Source of the DNA: Rhodospirillales bacterium
Lineage (GTDB): Bacteria; Pseudomonadota; Alphaproteobacteria; Rhodospirillales; UBA2165
Assembly (NCBI GenBank): GCA_965207535.1
Contig: CBDBMR010000010.1
Span: 65,400 to 129,399, forward strand
Direction: 5' to 3'
DNA: 64,000 nt
Both the position numbers and the translations under genes were made by a program. This document shows positions 27,029 to 36,261 of this stretch, piece after piece. Under the pieces are notes generated by a model. The model saw only the letters and a list, made by a program, of their open reading frames with translations. It was not told the DNA's origin and searched no databases. Numbering within the stretch: the first letter of the stretch is position 1; each line of letters opens with the position of its first letter.

Positions 27029-29110
27029 CTAGGCCTTCTCCCCTTGGGCCTTCTCCACCTGGCAGAGGGACGACTTGAAGCTCGGATAGCCCGAGACCGG
27101 ATCGAGATTGTCGTCCGGGTAGAGGGAGTTGATGTTGGCCTCGCGCCAGCCGTGGGGCGCGTGCACCACGCCGTCCAGGATGATGTCGGTCACCCAGGCC
27201 TTCATCCGGATCGAGTTGACCGGCGAGGAGATCACCACGTCGTCGCCGTCCGAGATGCCCCGCGCCTCCGCATCCTTGGGGTTCATCTGGATTCGCGGAT
27301 GGGGCTCGCGCTTGCGCAGGGTCTCCAGGTTGCGGCCCTGGGAATGGGTGAAGTTGTTGCTCCGCCCGCCCGACGTCAGCACCAGGGGATAGTCCTTCGC
27401 CACATGGGGCGCGCTCACCGGCGACCACTTGGGCTCGCGGTAGACGGGGAGCGCATCCTGGCCGATCCCGTCGAGCTCGGTCGAGGAGAACTCCACCTTG
27501 CCGGTCGGGGTCTTGAAGCCGACCTCCTCGTATTCCCGCTCCCGGCGTTCGCCCAAATCCTCGTTCATGCTCTTGCCGTTCTTGGGCAAATCGTCGAAGC
27601 CCATGGTGAGGGGCGTCATCCGTTCGGCGTAGCTGGCATGAATGTCGCCGCCCCAGAACTGATCGCCGTGACCCAGCGCGGCGGCGAGATCGAACAGCAT
27701 CTCCGTATCGCCGTGGGCCGCGCCCCGCGGGCTGACCGCCGCCGGGCGGTACTGCACCCGGCCGGCCAGCGTGGTCACCAGGTCCTGGCGCTCCAGGTGG
27801 GTGGCCGTCGGCAGGAACACCGAGGCCGCGTCGACCGTCGGCGTATCGAAGAAGTCGGCGACCAGGAACACGTCCAGCGTCCTCAGCGCCTTCTCGAGCC
27901 GGTTGGAGTTGGGCCACATCATCAGGTTGGTGCCCATGGCGACCACGCCCTTGATTTTGCCCTGCTCGATGCTCTCGGCCAGCAGCATGGCCTGGCCTTC
28001 GTTGTAGTGATCGACGAAGAGCGGGAACCGCTCATGGCCCATCCGCTTGCCGGGCGCGTTGTCGACGCCGCTGCCGGCGGCGATGCCCTTCTGCTTGAGG
28101 CGTTCCGGCCAGGGCCGGTTGCCGCCCTTGACGTCCAGGTTGCCGGTGAGCGCCGACAGCAGCATCACCGCCCGGTGGGTCTGCAGGCCGTTGGTGTGCT
28201 GGACCAGCGCTTCTTGCGAAATGGTGATCTGCGCCGGCTTGGAGGTGGCGTAGAGCCTCGCCGCGGCAACGATCTTGTCGGCCGGTACCCGGGTGATTTC
28301 CTCGACCCGCTCGGGCGTGAAGTCCTTCACGTACTCCCGGTACTCGTCGAAGCCGTGAGCGTACTCATCGAGGAAGGCCGTGTCCTCCAGTCCCTCGTCC
28401 AGGATCACGTGCGCCCAGCCGAGGGCCAGCGCGCCATCCGTGCCGGGGCGCGGCTGAAGATGAATCTCGGCCGCCTCGGCGATGGAGGTGCGGCGGGGAT
28501 CGACGACGATCACCGGCACCTTGCGGGATTCGGCGAGCAGGTAATGCCGGCTGTAGGGGATCAGGCTGTCCTTGGGATTGTTGGACCACACCACCCGGCA
28601 CCTGGCCTCTTCGTGGCGCATGCGGCCGGCCTGGAAGAAGTGGTTGTAGTCCTCGCCGAAGGTGAGTTCGGAGGCGACGAACGTGGCGCCGAAGCAGCAG
28701 CTCGACTCGGTGATGTAGTGGGGGGAGCCGAAGGCGTTGGCGATGCGCCGCATATAGGGCCGGGATTCCTTGGTGTAACCGACCACGAAGGCGACCTTGT
28801 CGGCGCCGTCGTTCCTGCGGATGGCGTCGAGCCGCTCGGCCGCGTTGGCAATGGCGTCGGCCCAGTTGACCATTTGCCAGTCGTCCCCGGCGCGGTCACG
28901 GATCATGGCGTGGACAAGCCGCTGATCGCTTTCCCGCTGCTCCAGCATGGCGGTCGCCCGAACGCATTCGGGGTGCGAGATGTCGAGAATCTCGTCCCCC
29001 TGGCTCACCACCGTGATCGGACAGTTGGTGGTGCACATGTAGCAGGTGGAATAGGTGGTCTTGGTCTCGTTCAGGCCCTCGGCCGCGGGCCGTGTGACGA
29101 CATCATCCAT
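27029..29110 (-). CDS. molybdopterin-dependent oxidoreductase (DMSO reductase superfamily), cytoplasmic, stand-alone
   Basis: Trimmed to ATG 29110 (MDDVVTRP...). The N-terminal 4Fe-4S motif is C-YM-C-TTN-C...C. The size is about 693 aa. There is no Tat signal and no adjacent FeS or membrane subunit. Confidence 0.85.
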   Translation of the reverse strand: MDDVVTRPAAEGLNETKTTYSTCYMCTTNCPITVVSQGDEILDISHPECVRATAMLEQRESDQRLVHAMIRDRAGDDWQMVNWADAIANAAERLDAIRRNDGADKVAFVVGYTKESRPYMRRIANAFGSPHYITESSCCFGATFVASELTFGEDYNHFFQAGRMRHEEARCRVVWSNNPKDSLIPYSRHYLLAESRKVPVIVVDPRRTSIAEAAEIHLQPRPGTDGALALGWAHVILDEGLEDTAFLDEYAHGFDEYREYVKDFTPERVEEITRVPADKIVAAARLYATSKPAQITISQEALVQHTNGLQTHRAVMLLSALTGNLDVKGGNRPWPERLKQKGIAAGSGVDNAPGKRMGHERFPLFVDHYNEGQAMLLAESIEQGKIKGVVAMGTNLMMWPNSNRLEKALRTLDVFLVADFFDTPTVDAASVFLPTATHLERQDLVTTLAGRVQYRPAAVSPRGAAHGDTEMLFDLAAALGHGDQFWGGDIHASYAERMTPLTMGFDDLPKNGKSMNEDLGERREREYEEVGFKTPTGKVEFSSTELDGIGQDALPVYREPKWSPVSAPHVAKDYPLVLTSGGRSNNFTHSQGRNLETLRKREPHPRIQMNPKDAEARGISDGDDVVISSPVNSIRMKAWVTDIILDGVVHAPHGWREANINSLYPDDNLDPVSGYPSFKSSLCQVEKAQGEKA

Positions 29111-29232
29111 GGTCTTCAATCCCCCCGGAAAACCCGGTCGCTCGAATGTGGATTCAACAGTGCCGAATACCGGCGTCTGACTGTGAAGCCCGAGTTGACC
29201 ATATCGTTGCAAATGCATCAAGTTGAGAAGGT

Positions 29233-29242
29233 GGGGGGGGGG
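29233..29242. repeat. G10/C10 homopolymer in the intergenic region upstream of the molybdoenzyme gene
   Basis: I counted ten consecutive G on the plus strand (gtGGGGGGGGGGcaacg). Confidence 0.8.
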
Positions 29243-29307
29243 CAACGTGACATGGAGGTGATCCAGGCTCTGCCGGACGCCGGAGCCAACGGGATCGATG
29301 CCGGGCC

Positions 29308-31161
29308 TTATCGCTTGACCCTCGCCTTGTCCGGGTCTTCCCACCAGGTTTCGACCACGATCCCGTAGAGGGGCGTGACCTCGGGCCGGCCGAACCTGTC
29401 CCAATAGGCAACCCCGTCGTCCTCCTGATGATAGAGGGGAATGAAGTAGTGTCCCCATAGCAGCACCCTGTCCATGGCGCGGACGATGTCGACGAAAGCA
29501 TCGCGTTCGCGCGCCTTGGTCATGCGGTCGATCAGCTCGTCGACGACCGGATTCCGTATCCCGGGATAGTTGCGCGTCCCTTCCTGTGCGGCCGCCTGGG
29601 CGCCCCAATAGAACGCCTGTTCGTTCCCCGGGGACAGGGACATGCCCCAGCGGTAGACGATCATGTCGAAGTCGTAGTCGGTCAGCCTGTATTGATACTG
29701 CGACGTGTCGACGGTGCGGACCCGCGCCTCGACGCCCAAGCGCTCGAGATGGCGGGCGAAGGAGAGGGCGATCTTTTCGTGCGCCGGATTCACCAGCAGG
29801 ATCTCGAACGCCATGGGCAATCCGTCCTTGGCCCGCCGCAGCGATCCGTCCCGCACTTCCCAGCCCGCCTCGGCCAGCAATCGCGTTGCCGCCTTGAGGT
29901 TTGCCCGTGGGCGGCCGCCGGCCCCCGGCGGCCGGTATGGCGCTTCGAACAGCTCGTGGGGCAGCTGCTGCCGGAAAGGCTCCAGAAGACCGCGTTCACG
30001 GGCTTGGGGAACGCCGCGCGAACCGAGTTCCGAATTGTCGAAGATGCTGCCCGTGCGTTTGTAGGCGCCATGCAACAGCGTCTTGTTGATCCAGGCGAAG
30101 TCGAACGCATGCGCGAGCGCATACCGAACCTTGCGGTCGGCGAATATCTCCCGCCGTGTGTTGAAAACCAGGGCGGACAGGCCCGAGGGCCGGCCGTGCG
30201 GCAGCCGTACCAGCTTCACGCGGCCGTCCGCAACCGCCGGAAAGTCGTACGCGGTTGCCCAACGCTTGCCGGAGATCTCCAACCGAAGGTCGTACTCGCC
30301 GGCCTTGAAGGCCTCCATCATCACATTGCCGTCGCGGTAGTAGTCGTAGCGGATGCGGTCGAAGTTGTGCTGCCCGCGGTTGATAGGCAGGTGCCGTCCC
30401 CAATAGTCGGGGTCACGGCGATAGGTGATGCCACGGCCCGCGTCCACGCTCTCGACGCGATAAGGGCCGGTGCCGACCGGTGGAACGAGCGTCGTACGCT
30501 CGAACTCCACCGATGCGTAGTAGGACTTGGACAGGATCGGCATCAATCCCATAATCAGCGGCAGCTCGCGATCCGGCGACGCGGTGTCGAAGACAAACCG
30601 TATCGAGCGTGCGTCGGGCCGCTCGATGCGTTGGACCTGCCGGTAATACAGCCGGTGATTGGGCCGTCCGTGTTCCTTGAGGGTCTCCCAGGAGAAGACG
30701 ACATCGTCCACGGTGACCGGCCGGCCATCATGAAAGCGCGCTTCCGGCCTCAACACGAACGTGACGGACGAACGGTCATCCGGCACCTCGATCGACTGGG
30801 CGATCAGACCGTAGAGCGAGAACGGCTCGTCCCACGCCCGCTTCAGAAGGCTCTCGAAGACCAGGTGACGTCCGCGCGCCGGCACGCCCTTGATGATGAA
30901 GGGGTTGAGGCTGTCGAAGGTCCCGGTCACCGCACGCCGAAGCTCGCCGCCCTTCGGCGCGTCGGGATTCACGTAGTCGAGATGGCGGAACCCGGAATCG
31001 TATTTGGGTTCCCCATGCATGGCGATGCCGTGGCTCTGCGCCGCCGCGGGATGCGCACCGCCCGCGGCCAGAACCACGAGGAGCCAGACGAGCGCCGGCG
31101 TCACGCGCCGGAGCAGTTTGGCCAGATGGGTCTTGGCTTCGAATGCGCCGATCTCGGTCAT
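29308..31161 (-). CDS. ABC transporter substrate-binding protein, family 5 (YejA/peptide-opine-nickel type), orphan
   Basis: 617 aa. The motif HGIAMHGEPKY...YVNPDAPKGGELR is typical of YejA-like receptors. No permease or ATPase gene is adjacent. Confidence 0.8.
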   Translation of the reverse strand: MTEIGAFEAKTHLAKLLRRVTPALVWLLVVLAAGGAHPAAAQSHGIAMHGEPKYDSGFRHLDYVNPDAPKGGELRRAVTGTFDSLNPFIIKGVPARGRHLVFESLLKRAWDEPFSLYGLIAQSIEVPDDRSSVTFVLRPEARFHDGRPVTVDDVVFSWETLKEHGRPNHRLYYRQVQRIERPDARSIRFVFDTASPDRELPLIMGLMPILSKSYYASVEFERTTLVPPVGTGPYRVESVDAGRGITYRRDPDYWGRHLPINRGQHNFDRIRYDYYRDGNVMMEAFKAGEYDLRLEISGKRWATAYDFPAVADGRVKLVRLPHGRPSGLSALVFNTRREIFADRKVRYALAHAFDFAWINKTLLHGAYKRTGSIFDNSELGSRGVPQARERGLLEPFRQQLPHELFEAPYRPPGAGGRPRANLKAATRLLAEAGWEVRDGSLRRAKDGLPMAFEILLVNPAHEKIALSFARHLERLGVEARVRTVDTSQYQYRLTDYDFDMIVYRWGMSLSPGNEQAFYWGAQAAAQEGTRNYPGIRNPVVDELIDRMTKARERDAFVDIVRAMDRVLLWGHYFIPLYHQEDDGVAYWDRFGRPEVTPLYGIVVETWWEDPDKARVKR

Positions 31162-31200
31162 GGCCTATGCCTCTCAAGAAAATCCGTCGAAATTATGCCA

Positions 31201-31246
31201 GACCCCCTCACCCTGACCCTCTCCCCCTGAAGAAGGGGGAGAGGGG
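31201..31246. repeat. family A palindromic repeat (left half only)
   Basis: The copy reads gaCCCCCTCACCCtgaccCTCTCCCCCtgaagaaGGGGGAGAGgggac and lacks the right outer arm. Confidence 0.8.
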
Positions 31247-31265
31247 ACTTGTGGCACACTCCAGT

Positions 31266-31304
31266 CGTCATCACCGGGCTTGACCCGGTGATCCACGCTT
31301 GGCG
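31266..31304. repeat. family B REP-like hairpin
   Basis: gtcATCACCGGGcttgaCCCGGTGATccacgcttggcg has the same tail, ccacgcttggcg, as the 19966 unit. Confidence 0.8.
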
Positions 31305-31316
31305 TATGCCGCTTCC

Positions 31317-31997
31317 CTACATCCCGCTGAACACCCGGAGCGTCGCGGCCCGGGACGCCTTGTGGGCGGCCTCCTGGTAGCCCGGCTTGGCGGGCATGGC
31401 GAAATTATGCTCGGCCCCCGGGTGAACGACGATCTCGGCGTTGTCGTGGGAGGCGTACGACGCGATGATCTTCTCCACGCTCTCCATGGACGTCGCCGGA
31501 TCCTGGTCGCCGAAGTGGAAGGTCACCGGGCATTTGACGTTGGGAGTCTCGTCCAGGTGCTCCTCGATCTTGGTGCCGTGATAGGACGCGGCGGCGTCGA
31601 CGCCGAGGCGGGCCGCCGAGAGGTGCGCATAGCGCCCGCCGAAGCAGTAGCCGATGACGCCGACCTTGCCGTTGCACTCGGCCCGGCCCTTGAGGTCGCC
31701 GATGTAGTCCTCGATATCGAGCATGCCCTGCACCGGATCGAACTTTTCGTAGCGGCCGAAGGCCACTTCCCTGTCCGCCGTCGGTCCCGGCAGGACCCGC
31801 CAGAAGACGTCGGGGACCAGGACGACGAACCCGTCGTCGGCCCAGCCGTCGGCGATGTCGATCATTTCCTGATCGGTGCCGAAAATGGCGGTGATGAGCA
31901 GAATGCCCGGAAACGGGCCGTCCCCCGCGGGCCGCGACAGATAGGCGTCGAGTTCCTCGCCGCCGCGGGTCTTCAGTTTCAATTCGCTGCCGGGCAT
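31317..31997 (-). CDS. dienelactone hydrolase family protein
   Basis: Trimmed to ATG 31997, preceded by GGGGAGG. It carries the DLH pattern GILLITAIFG...GVIGYCFGG (nucleophile Cys)...H. Confidence 0.85.
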   Translation of the reverse strand: MPGSELKLKTRGGEELDAYLSRPAGDGPFPGILLITAIFGTDQEMIDIADGWADDGFVVLVPDVFWRVLPGPTADREVAFGRYEKFDPVQGMLDIEDYIGDLKGRAECNGKVGVIGYCFGGRYAHLSAARLGVDAAASYHGTKIEEHLDETPNVKCPVTFHFGDQDPATSMESVEKIIASYASHDNAEIVVHPGAEHNFAMPAKPGYQEAAHKASRAATLRVFSGM

Positions 31998-32168
31998 GGT
32001 GCCTCCCCTGATCCCATGGATTTGCGTTGGGAGGTATTGTGCGCAAGCGCCCGGGGAGTGCAAGGGGAGAGGGTGGGCCGCGCCCGCCGGCAACCCGTCA
32101 CATAACGCGCCGCATATTGACAAGGGCCGATTTTACCCATAGCAAAAAATTGAAGATTTTCCGCTTCC

Positions 32169-32837
32169 TTGGAGAAACCTTTGTTTAGTCTATTTAATGA
32201 TGACGAGGGTACCGTCGTCGGGCTTCTGGCCGAACGCGTCCGCCAGGATATTTCATTCGGCGAACTGGCCCCGGATACCAAGCTGAAGATCGAAGAATTG
32301 CGGCGCGCCTACGGGGGAAGCGCCCATTCGATCCGTGAAGCCTTGATGATTCTCGCGGCCGACGGGCTTGTGGAAGCGACCGCCCAGAAGGGATTTCGGG
32401 TGACGTCGGCGACCCAGGCCGACCTCGAGGACATCACCAGGCTGCGCGCCGAAATCGAGACCCTCGGACTCCATTGGTCGATGGAGAAGGGCGATGTCGA
32501 GTGGGAGGGGAACATCATCGCATCCCACCACGCGCTCACCCGCGCCGAAGCCGCGGTGGAAGCGGACCCCATCGAGCAGGCGCTGGATTGGGACGATGCG
32601 AACCGGGCGTTTCATTCGGCGCTTATCGCTTCCTGCGAATCCAGGGGCCTGCTCGAAATTCAGAATCGCCTGTTCATCCAGGGGCGCCGGTTCAGGCTCG
32701 CCGCGCTGCGCGAGGGCCAGATCGACTTCGCCGGGAACAAGAGGGCGCTCGCCGACATCATGGAGCACTCGATTTCCAGAAATGCCAAAGAGGCCGTGAA
32801 GGCCCTGAGAACGCACATCATGAGACAATGTACATAA
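32169..32837 (+). CDS. GntR-family transcriptional regulator (FadR/FCD subfamily)
   Basis: An N-terminal winged-helix segment (SIREALMILAADGLVEATAQKGFRV) is followed by a C-terminal helical FCD-like domain. The TTG start is uncertain. Confidence 0.8.
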   Translation: MEKPLFSLFNDDEGTVVGLLAERVRQDISFGELAPDTKLKIEELRRAYGGSAHSIREALMILAADGLVEATAQKGFRVTSATQADLEDITRLRAEIETLGLHWSMEKGDVEWEGNIIASHHALTRAEAAVEADPIEQALDWDDANRAFHSALIASCESRGLLEIQNRLFIQGRRFRLAALREGQIDFAGNKRALADIMEHSISRNAKEAVKALRTHIMRQCT

Positions 32838-32866
32838 GCCACACGGAAAACATGGAGGAAGACCCA

Positions 32867-33901
32867 ATGCCGTTAATCAGTCGTAGGCAATTCAAGATTT
32901 TCGCCGCATCCGCGGCGATTGCGTTGGCCGGCCTTACCGGATTCGCCGAGCAGGCGGCGGCCGCCGACAAGATCAAGGTCGGCGCGCTGCGCTTCACTTC
33001 CCATTCGGCGAGTTTCGTCGCTTTCGAGCGCGGCTACTTCAAGGAGCAAGGTCTGGACGTCGAGTTCGTCTTCTTTCAGGCGGCTCAGCCCATGGCCGTT
33101 GCGATCGCATCCGGCGACGTCGATTTCGGCGTGACGGCGATCTCCGGCGGCCTGATAAACCTGGCCGAGAAGGGCGCCGTCAAGGTGATCGGCGGCGCGC
33201 TGCATGAAGAGAAGGGCATCGACGGCCAGAAGATTCTGGTCTCGAAGGCGGCATTCGACGCCGGCGTGACTCATCCCTCGAAGCTCAAGGGCCGCTCGTA
33301 CGGCATCACCCAGGCAGGCTCGTCCTTCCACTATATGGCCCACAAAATCGCCCAGAAGGAGGGCTTCTCAGGCGCCGAAATCAAGCTCAAGCCGCTGCAC
33401 AAGGTCGGCGCCATAATCGGTGCGCTGAAGTCGGGCCAGATCGACGCCTGGTCGATCGTTCCGCACATCGCGAAGGCCCTGGCCAAGAGTCCGGCCATTC
33501 ACGTCATCGGCGACGTTGCCGATTACATTCCCGACTATCAGGTGACGACCGTGTTCACATCCGCCAAAAACGCCAAAGGCAACCGCGATCTGGTCAAGCG
33601 TTTCCTGGCCGCGTTTTCAAAAGGCGCCGATGATTTCAATGCCGCCCTGGTGGACAAGTCCGCCGGCGCCAAAGCCGACGAAGCCATGGTCAAGCTGATC
33701 CACAAATATGTCTACACCAACCGGCCGTTCGAGAAGGCCGCGCCCTCGATCAGGAACGGCTCCATGCGCATCAACCAGGGCGCCAAGCTGAATCTGAAGA
33801 GCGTTCAGGATCAATTGGACTGGTTCAAATCCGAGAAGCTGGTCTCGAAAGCGGTGACCATCGACATGCTCGTCGACAAGAGCTACGTCCAGATCTACTA
33901 A
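32867..33901 (+). CDS. ABC transporter substrate-binding protein, NMT1/THI5-like (NitT/TauT family: sulfonate/nitrate/taurine type)
   Basis: ATG 32867 is preceded by GGAGGAAG. It has a Tat/Sec-like signal (SRRQFKIFAASAAIALAGL). The start IKVGALRFTSHS matches the SsuA/TauA-like fold family. Confidence 0.8.
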   Translation: MPLISRRQFKIFAASAAIALAGLTGFAEQAAAADKIKVGALRFTSHSASFVAFERGYFKEQGLDVEFVFFQAAQPMAVAIASGDVDFGVTAISGGLINLAEKGAVKVIGGALHEEKGIDGQKILVSKAAFDAGVTHPSKLKGRSYGITQAGSSFHYMAHKIAQKEGFSGAEIKLKPLHKVGAIIGALKSGQIDAWSIVPHIAKALAKSPAIHVIGDVADYIPDYQVTTVFTSAKNAKGNRDLVKRFLAAFSKGADDFNAALVDKSAGAKADEAMVKLIHKYVYTNRPFEKAAPSIRNGSMRINQGAKLNLKSVQDQLDWFKSEKLVSKAVTIDMLVDKSYVQIY

Positions 33902-34018
33902 CGGTTATACCTTCCGCGGCCGGCGGGCGCCGCTCCCTTCGGGGAGCGGCGCCTGTCGGGTATTATCGGGTAGTATCTGCCGGTCCGAATTTCGAGCGGC
34001 ACGACGGAGGGTATATTC

Positions 34019-34792
34019 GTGGAGATCAGACTCAAGGGCATTTCCCATAGCTACCGGGACGGCGGGCTGACGGTCCTCTCCGACATAAATCTGTCCATCC
34101 GGGAGGGCGAAATCGTTTGCCTCATCGGCCCGTCGGGGTGCGGCAAGTCGACGCTCTTGCGGATCATCGGCGGGCTCGAGTTGCCCAGCGCCGGGGCCGT
34201 CCTGCAGGTCGGCGATCCGCCGCCCAAATCACTAAATCCGCTGACCTATATTTTTCAGGATTTCGCCCTGCTGCCGTGGAGAACCGTCGAGGGCAACATC
34301 AGCCTCGCGCTGGAGGACCACTCCATCGGCCGGAAGATGCGAGGCGAAATCATCGATGACGTTCTCGCCCGGACCAGCCTGACGGAGTTCCGAAAGGTAT
34401 TCCCCCGCCAGCTCTCGGGCGGCATGAAGCAGCGTGTCGCCATAGCCCGCGCCCTCAGCGTGAATCCGGCCGTCATGCTGATGGACGAACCCTTGTCGGC
34501 GCTCGACAGCCAGACCCGGGAAATCCTGATGGCCGACCTGATCGAGCTGTGGTGCCGGGAAAAATTCACCGCCTTCTACGTGACCCACAACCTGGCCGAA
34601 GCGGTCCGCCTCGGACACCGGATCGCCGTTCTTTCCCGGCGGCCCGGAAAGATCAGGGAGATCATCGAAATCGAGACGCCGCTGGACCGGCGGTCCGTCG
34701 ACAGTCCCGAACTGGGCCGACATCAACAACATCTATGGGAACTGCTTCGCGACGAAGCTCGCGCGGCCGATCTGGAGCTTGCCAATGTCTGA
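34019..34792 (+). CDS. ABC transporter ATP-binding protein (NitT/TauT family)
   Basis: Walker [10 protein letters not shown], signature LSGGMKQR, Walker B LLMDEP. Confidence 0.9.
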   Translation: MEIRLKGISHSYRDGGLTVLSDINLSIREGEIVCLIGPSGCGKSTLLRIIGGLELPSAGAVLQVGDPPPKSLNPLTYIFQDFALLPWRTVEGNISLALEDHSIGRKMRGEIIDDVLARTSLTEFRKVFPRQLSGGMKQRVAIARALSVNPAVMLMDEPLSALDSQTREILMADLIELWCREKFTAFYVTHNLAEAVRLGHRIAVLSRRPGKIREIIEIETPLDRRSVDSPELGRHQQHLWELLRDEARAADLELANV

Positions 34793-35603
34793 TGCAACCG
34801 TTGTGCTGAACGCGCCGGCCGAGAAACCCGTCCGTTTCCGGGGCGGCGGATTCAGAACCAAGCCGCTGGGCATCATTTCGCCCATCGTGTTCGTTGTCGT
34901 CATCGGCCTTTGGGAGCTTGGATCCCAGTCGGGGCTGATCGACAAGCTGATCCTGCCCGCGCCGTCGGAAGCGCTGCAGGCGCTGCTGGAACTGATCGAG
35001 ACCGGCAACCTTTGGAAACATTTGGGTGCGTCGCTGCAACGGCTGATCGTCGGCTGGACCGCCGGTACGATTCTCGGGATCGGCATGGGATTGGCCATCG
35101 GATTGTTTTCCTATGTCCGGGCCGGCGCCCAGCCGCTGGTATCGGCGATTTTCCCGATTCCCAAGATTGCGCTGCTCCCCCTGTTCATCATCTGGTTCGG
35201 AATCGGCGAAGGTTCGAAGATCGCGACGATCCTTTTCGGAACTTTCTTTCCGACCGTCATCGCGACCTACGGCGGCGTCGATAACGTCGACCGGACCCTC
35301 ATCCGAATGGCTCAATCCTTCGGTGTGTCCTGGTCGTCCATCGTCCGAAAAATCATCATTCCCGGCGCCATGCCGGCCATACTTTCGGGCTTCCGCATAT
35401 CCATCGCCATCGCAATCGTGCTCCTGGTCGCCGCCGAGATGATCGGGGCGGAATTCGGGGTCGGCGCGTATATCCTTCTTGCGGGCAGCCTGGTTGCGAC
35501 CGATCAACTCATTGCCGGGGTCGCACTTCTATCCGCCTTGGGGCTGATTATCGCCTGGCTCATCGGCAAGGCGGAATCCTATCTGTTGCGCTGGCGGACC
35601 TGA
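34785..35603 (+). CDS. ABC transporter permease (NitT/TauT family)
   Basis: A multi-pass membrane protein with an EAA-like loop. It overlaps the ATPase stop by 8 nt. Confidence 0.9.
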   Translation: MSDATVVLNAPAEKPVRFRGGGFRTKPLGIISPIVFVVVIGLWELGSQSGLIDKLILPAPSEALQALLELIETGNLWKHLGASLQRLIVGWTAGTILGIGMGLAIGLFSYVRAGAQPLVSAIFPIPKIALLPLFIIWFGIGEGSKIATILFGTFFPTVIATYGGVDNVDRTLIRMAQSFGVSWSSIVRKIIIPGAMPAILSGFRISIAIAIVLLVAAEMIGAEFGVGAYILLAGSLVATDQLIAGVALLSALGLIIAWLIGKAESYLLRWRT

Positions 35604-35684
35604 TCGGTCCCCAGCCCGCTTTCGGGCATGGCGCGGACGCTGTACGATCTGCCTCTTTCCATTTCACAGCAGGCAGGTAGCGAT

Positions 35685-36074
35685 ATGCCCGTACGATTCT
35701 TTGACCCTGAATCCGTTGCGTCCCCGATGAACCCCTATAGCCATGGCGCGGAAGTCGAAGCCGGATCCAAGCTGCTCTACATGGCCGGACAGGTCGGCCG
35801 GCGCGGCCCCAACCGGGAAATTCTGCCCGACTTCGAGGATCAGGTTCGCCAGACCTACGCGAACATCCAGGAGATCCTCAGGGAATCGGGCATGGACCTC
35901 ACCAATCTCGTCAAGGTGACGACCTATTTGACGGACCGCAGGAACCTCGAACAGATGCGCGAAATCAGGAAGGAAATTCTCGGCGGCCACAAACCGGCGC
36001 ATACGCTGATCATCGCGGCCGGGCTGGCCTACGAGGAATACATGATCGAGGTCGAGTGCATCGCCGCCGCCTAG
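35685..36074 (+). CDS. RidA/YjgF/L-PSP family protein
   Basis: Trimmed to ATG 35685. The 129-aa product has the typical RidA C-terminus (EVECIAAA). Confidence 0.8.
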   Translation: MPVRFFDPESVASPMNPYSHGAEVEAGSKLLYMAGQVGRRGPNREILPDFEDQVRQTYANIQEILRESGMDLTNLVKVTTYLTDRRNLEQMREIRKEILGGHKPAHTLIIAAGLAYEEYMIEVECIAAA

Positions 36075-36080
36075 AGCGAG

Positions 36081-36161
36081 ATACCCCGAACAAGTCGGGG
36101 CATGACGCGTGGTGCTGAACCAAAGAAGCTCGTCATACCCCGGCGCAAGTCCGGGGTATCC
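36081..36161. repeat. family B REP-like hairpins, two units
   Basis: The two units are ATACCCCGAacaagTCGGGGCATgacg and gtcATACCCCGGcgcaagtCCGGGGTATcc. Confidence 0.8.
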
Positions 36162-36179
36162 ATATTTTAATTTCTTGAA

Positions 36180-36251
36180 CCACAGAGACGGAGAGACAGT
36201 GAGATAGTAGGAGTTAATCATTCCTCCTCTGTGAACTCTGTGTCTCTGTGG
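36180..36251. repeat. 72-nt imperfect palindrome between the two family B arrays
   Basis: The outer stem CCACAGAGAC (36180-36189)/GTCTCTGTGG (36242-36251) is a perfect 10 bp. Inner partial pairing is ..TAGGAG/CTCCT.. around an AT-rich centre (ttaatcatt). Confidence 0.6.
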
Positions 36252-36261
36252 TGAATATCCT

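Noticed and set aside
27044-29368. A 774-aa plus-strand ORF, with 26178..27917 and 46020..48626 as similar cases.
   Set aside because: It is antisense to well-supported genes (molybdoenzyme, DUF3604-like) and its composition is typical of GC shadow frames. The 26178..27917 ORF is real only from TTG 27026 downward.
29252-29368. A 38-aa plus-strand ORF, MEVIQALPDAGANG..., that starts inside the GGAGGTGATCC 11-mer.
   Set aside because: It has no SD at functional distance. It is antisense to the 3' end of the YejA-like receptor gene and belongs to a long shadow frame.
18433-31246. The repeated GGGGGAGAGG/CCCTCACCC elements, considered as a possible CRISPR array.
   Set aside because: The copies are kilobases apart, internally palindromic and irregular in length. 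There are no regularly spaced unique spacers and no cas genes.
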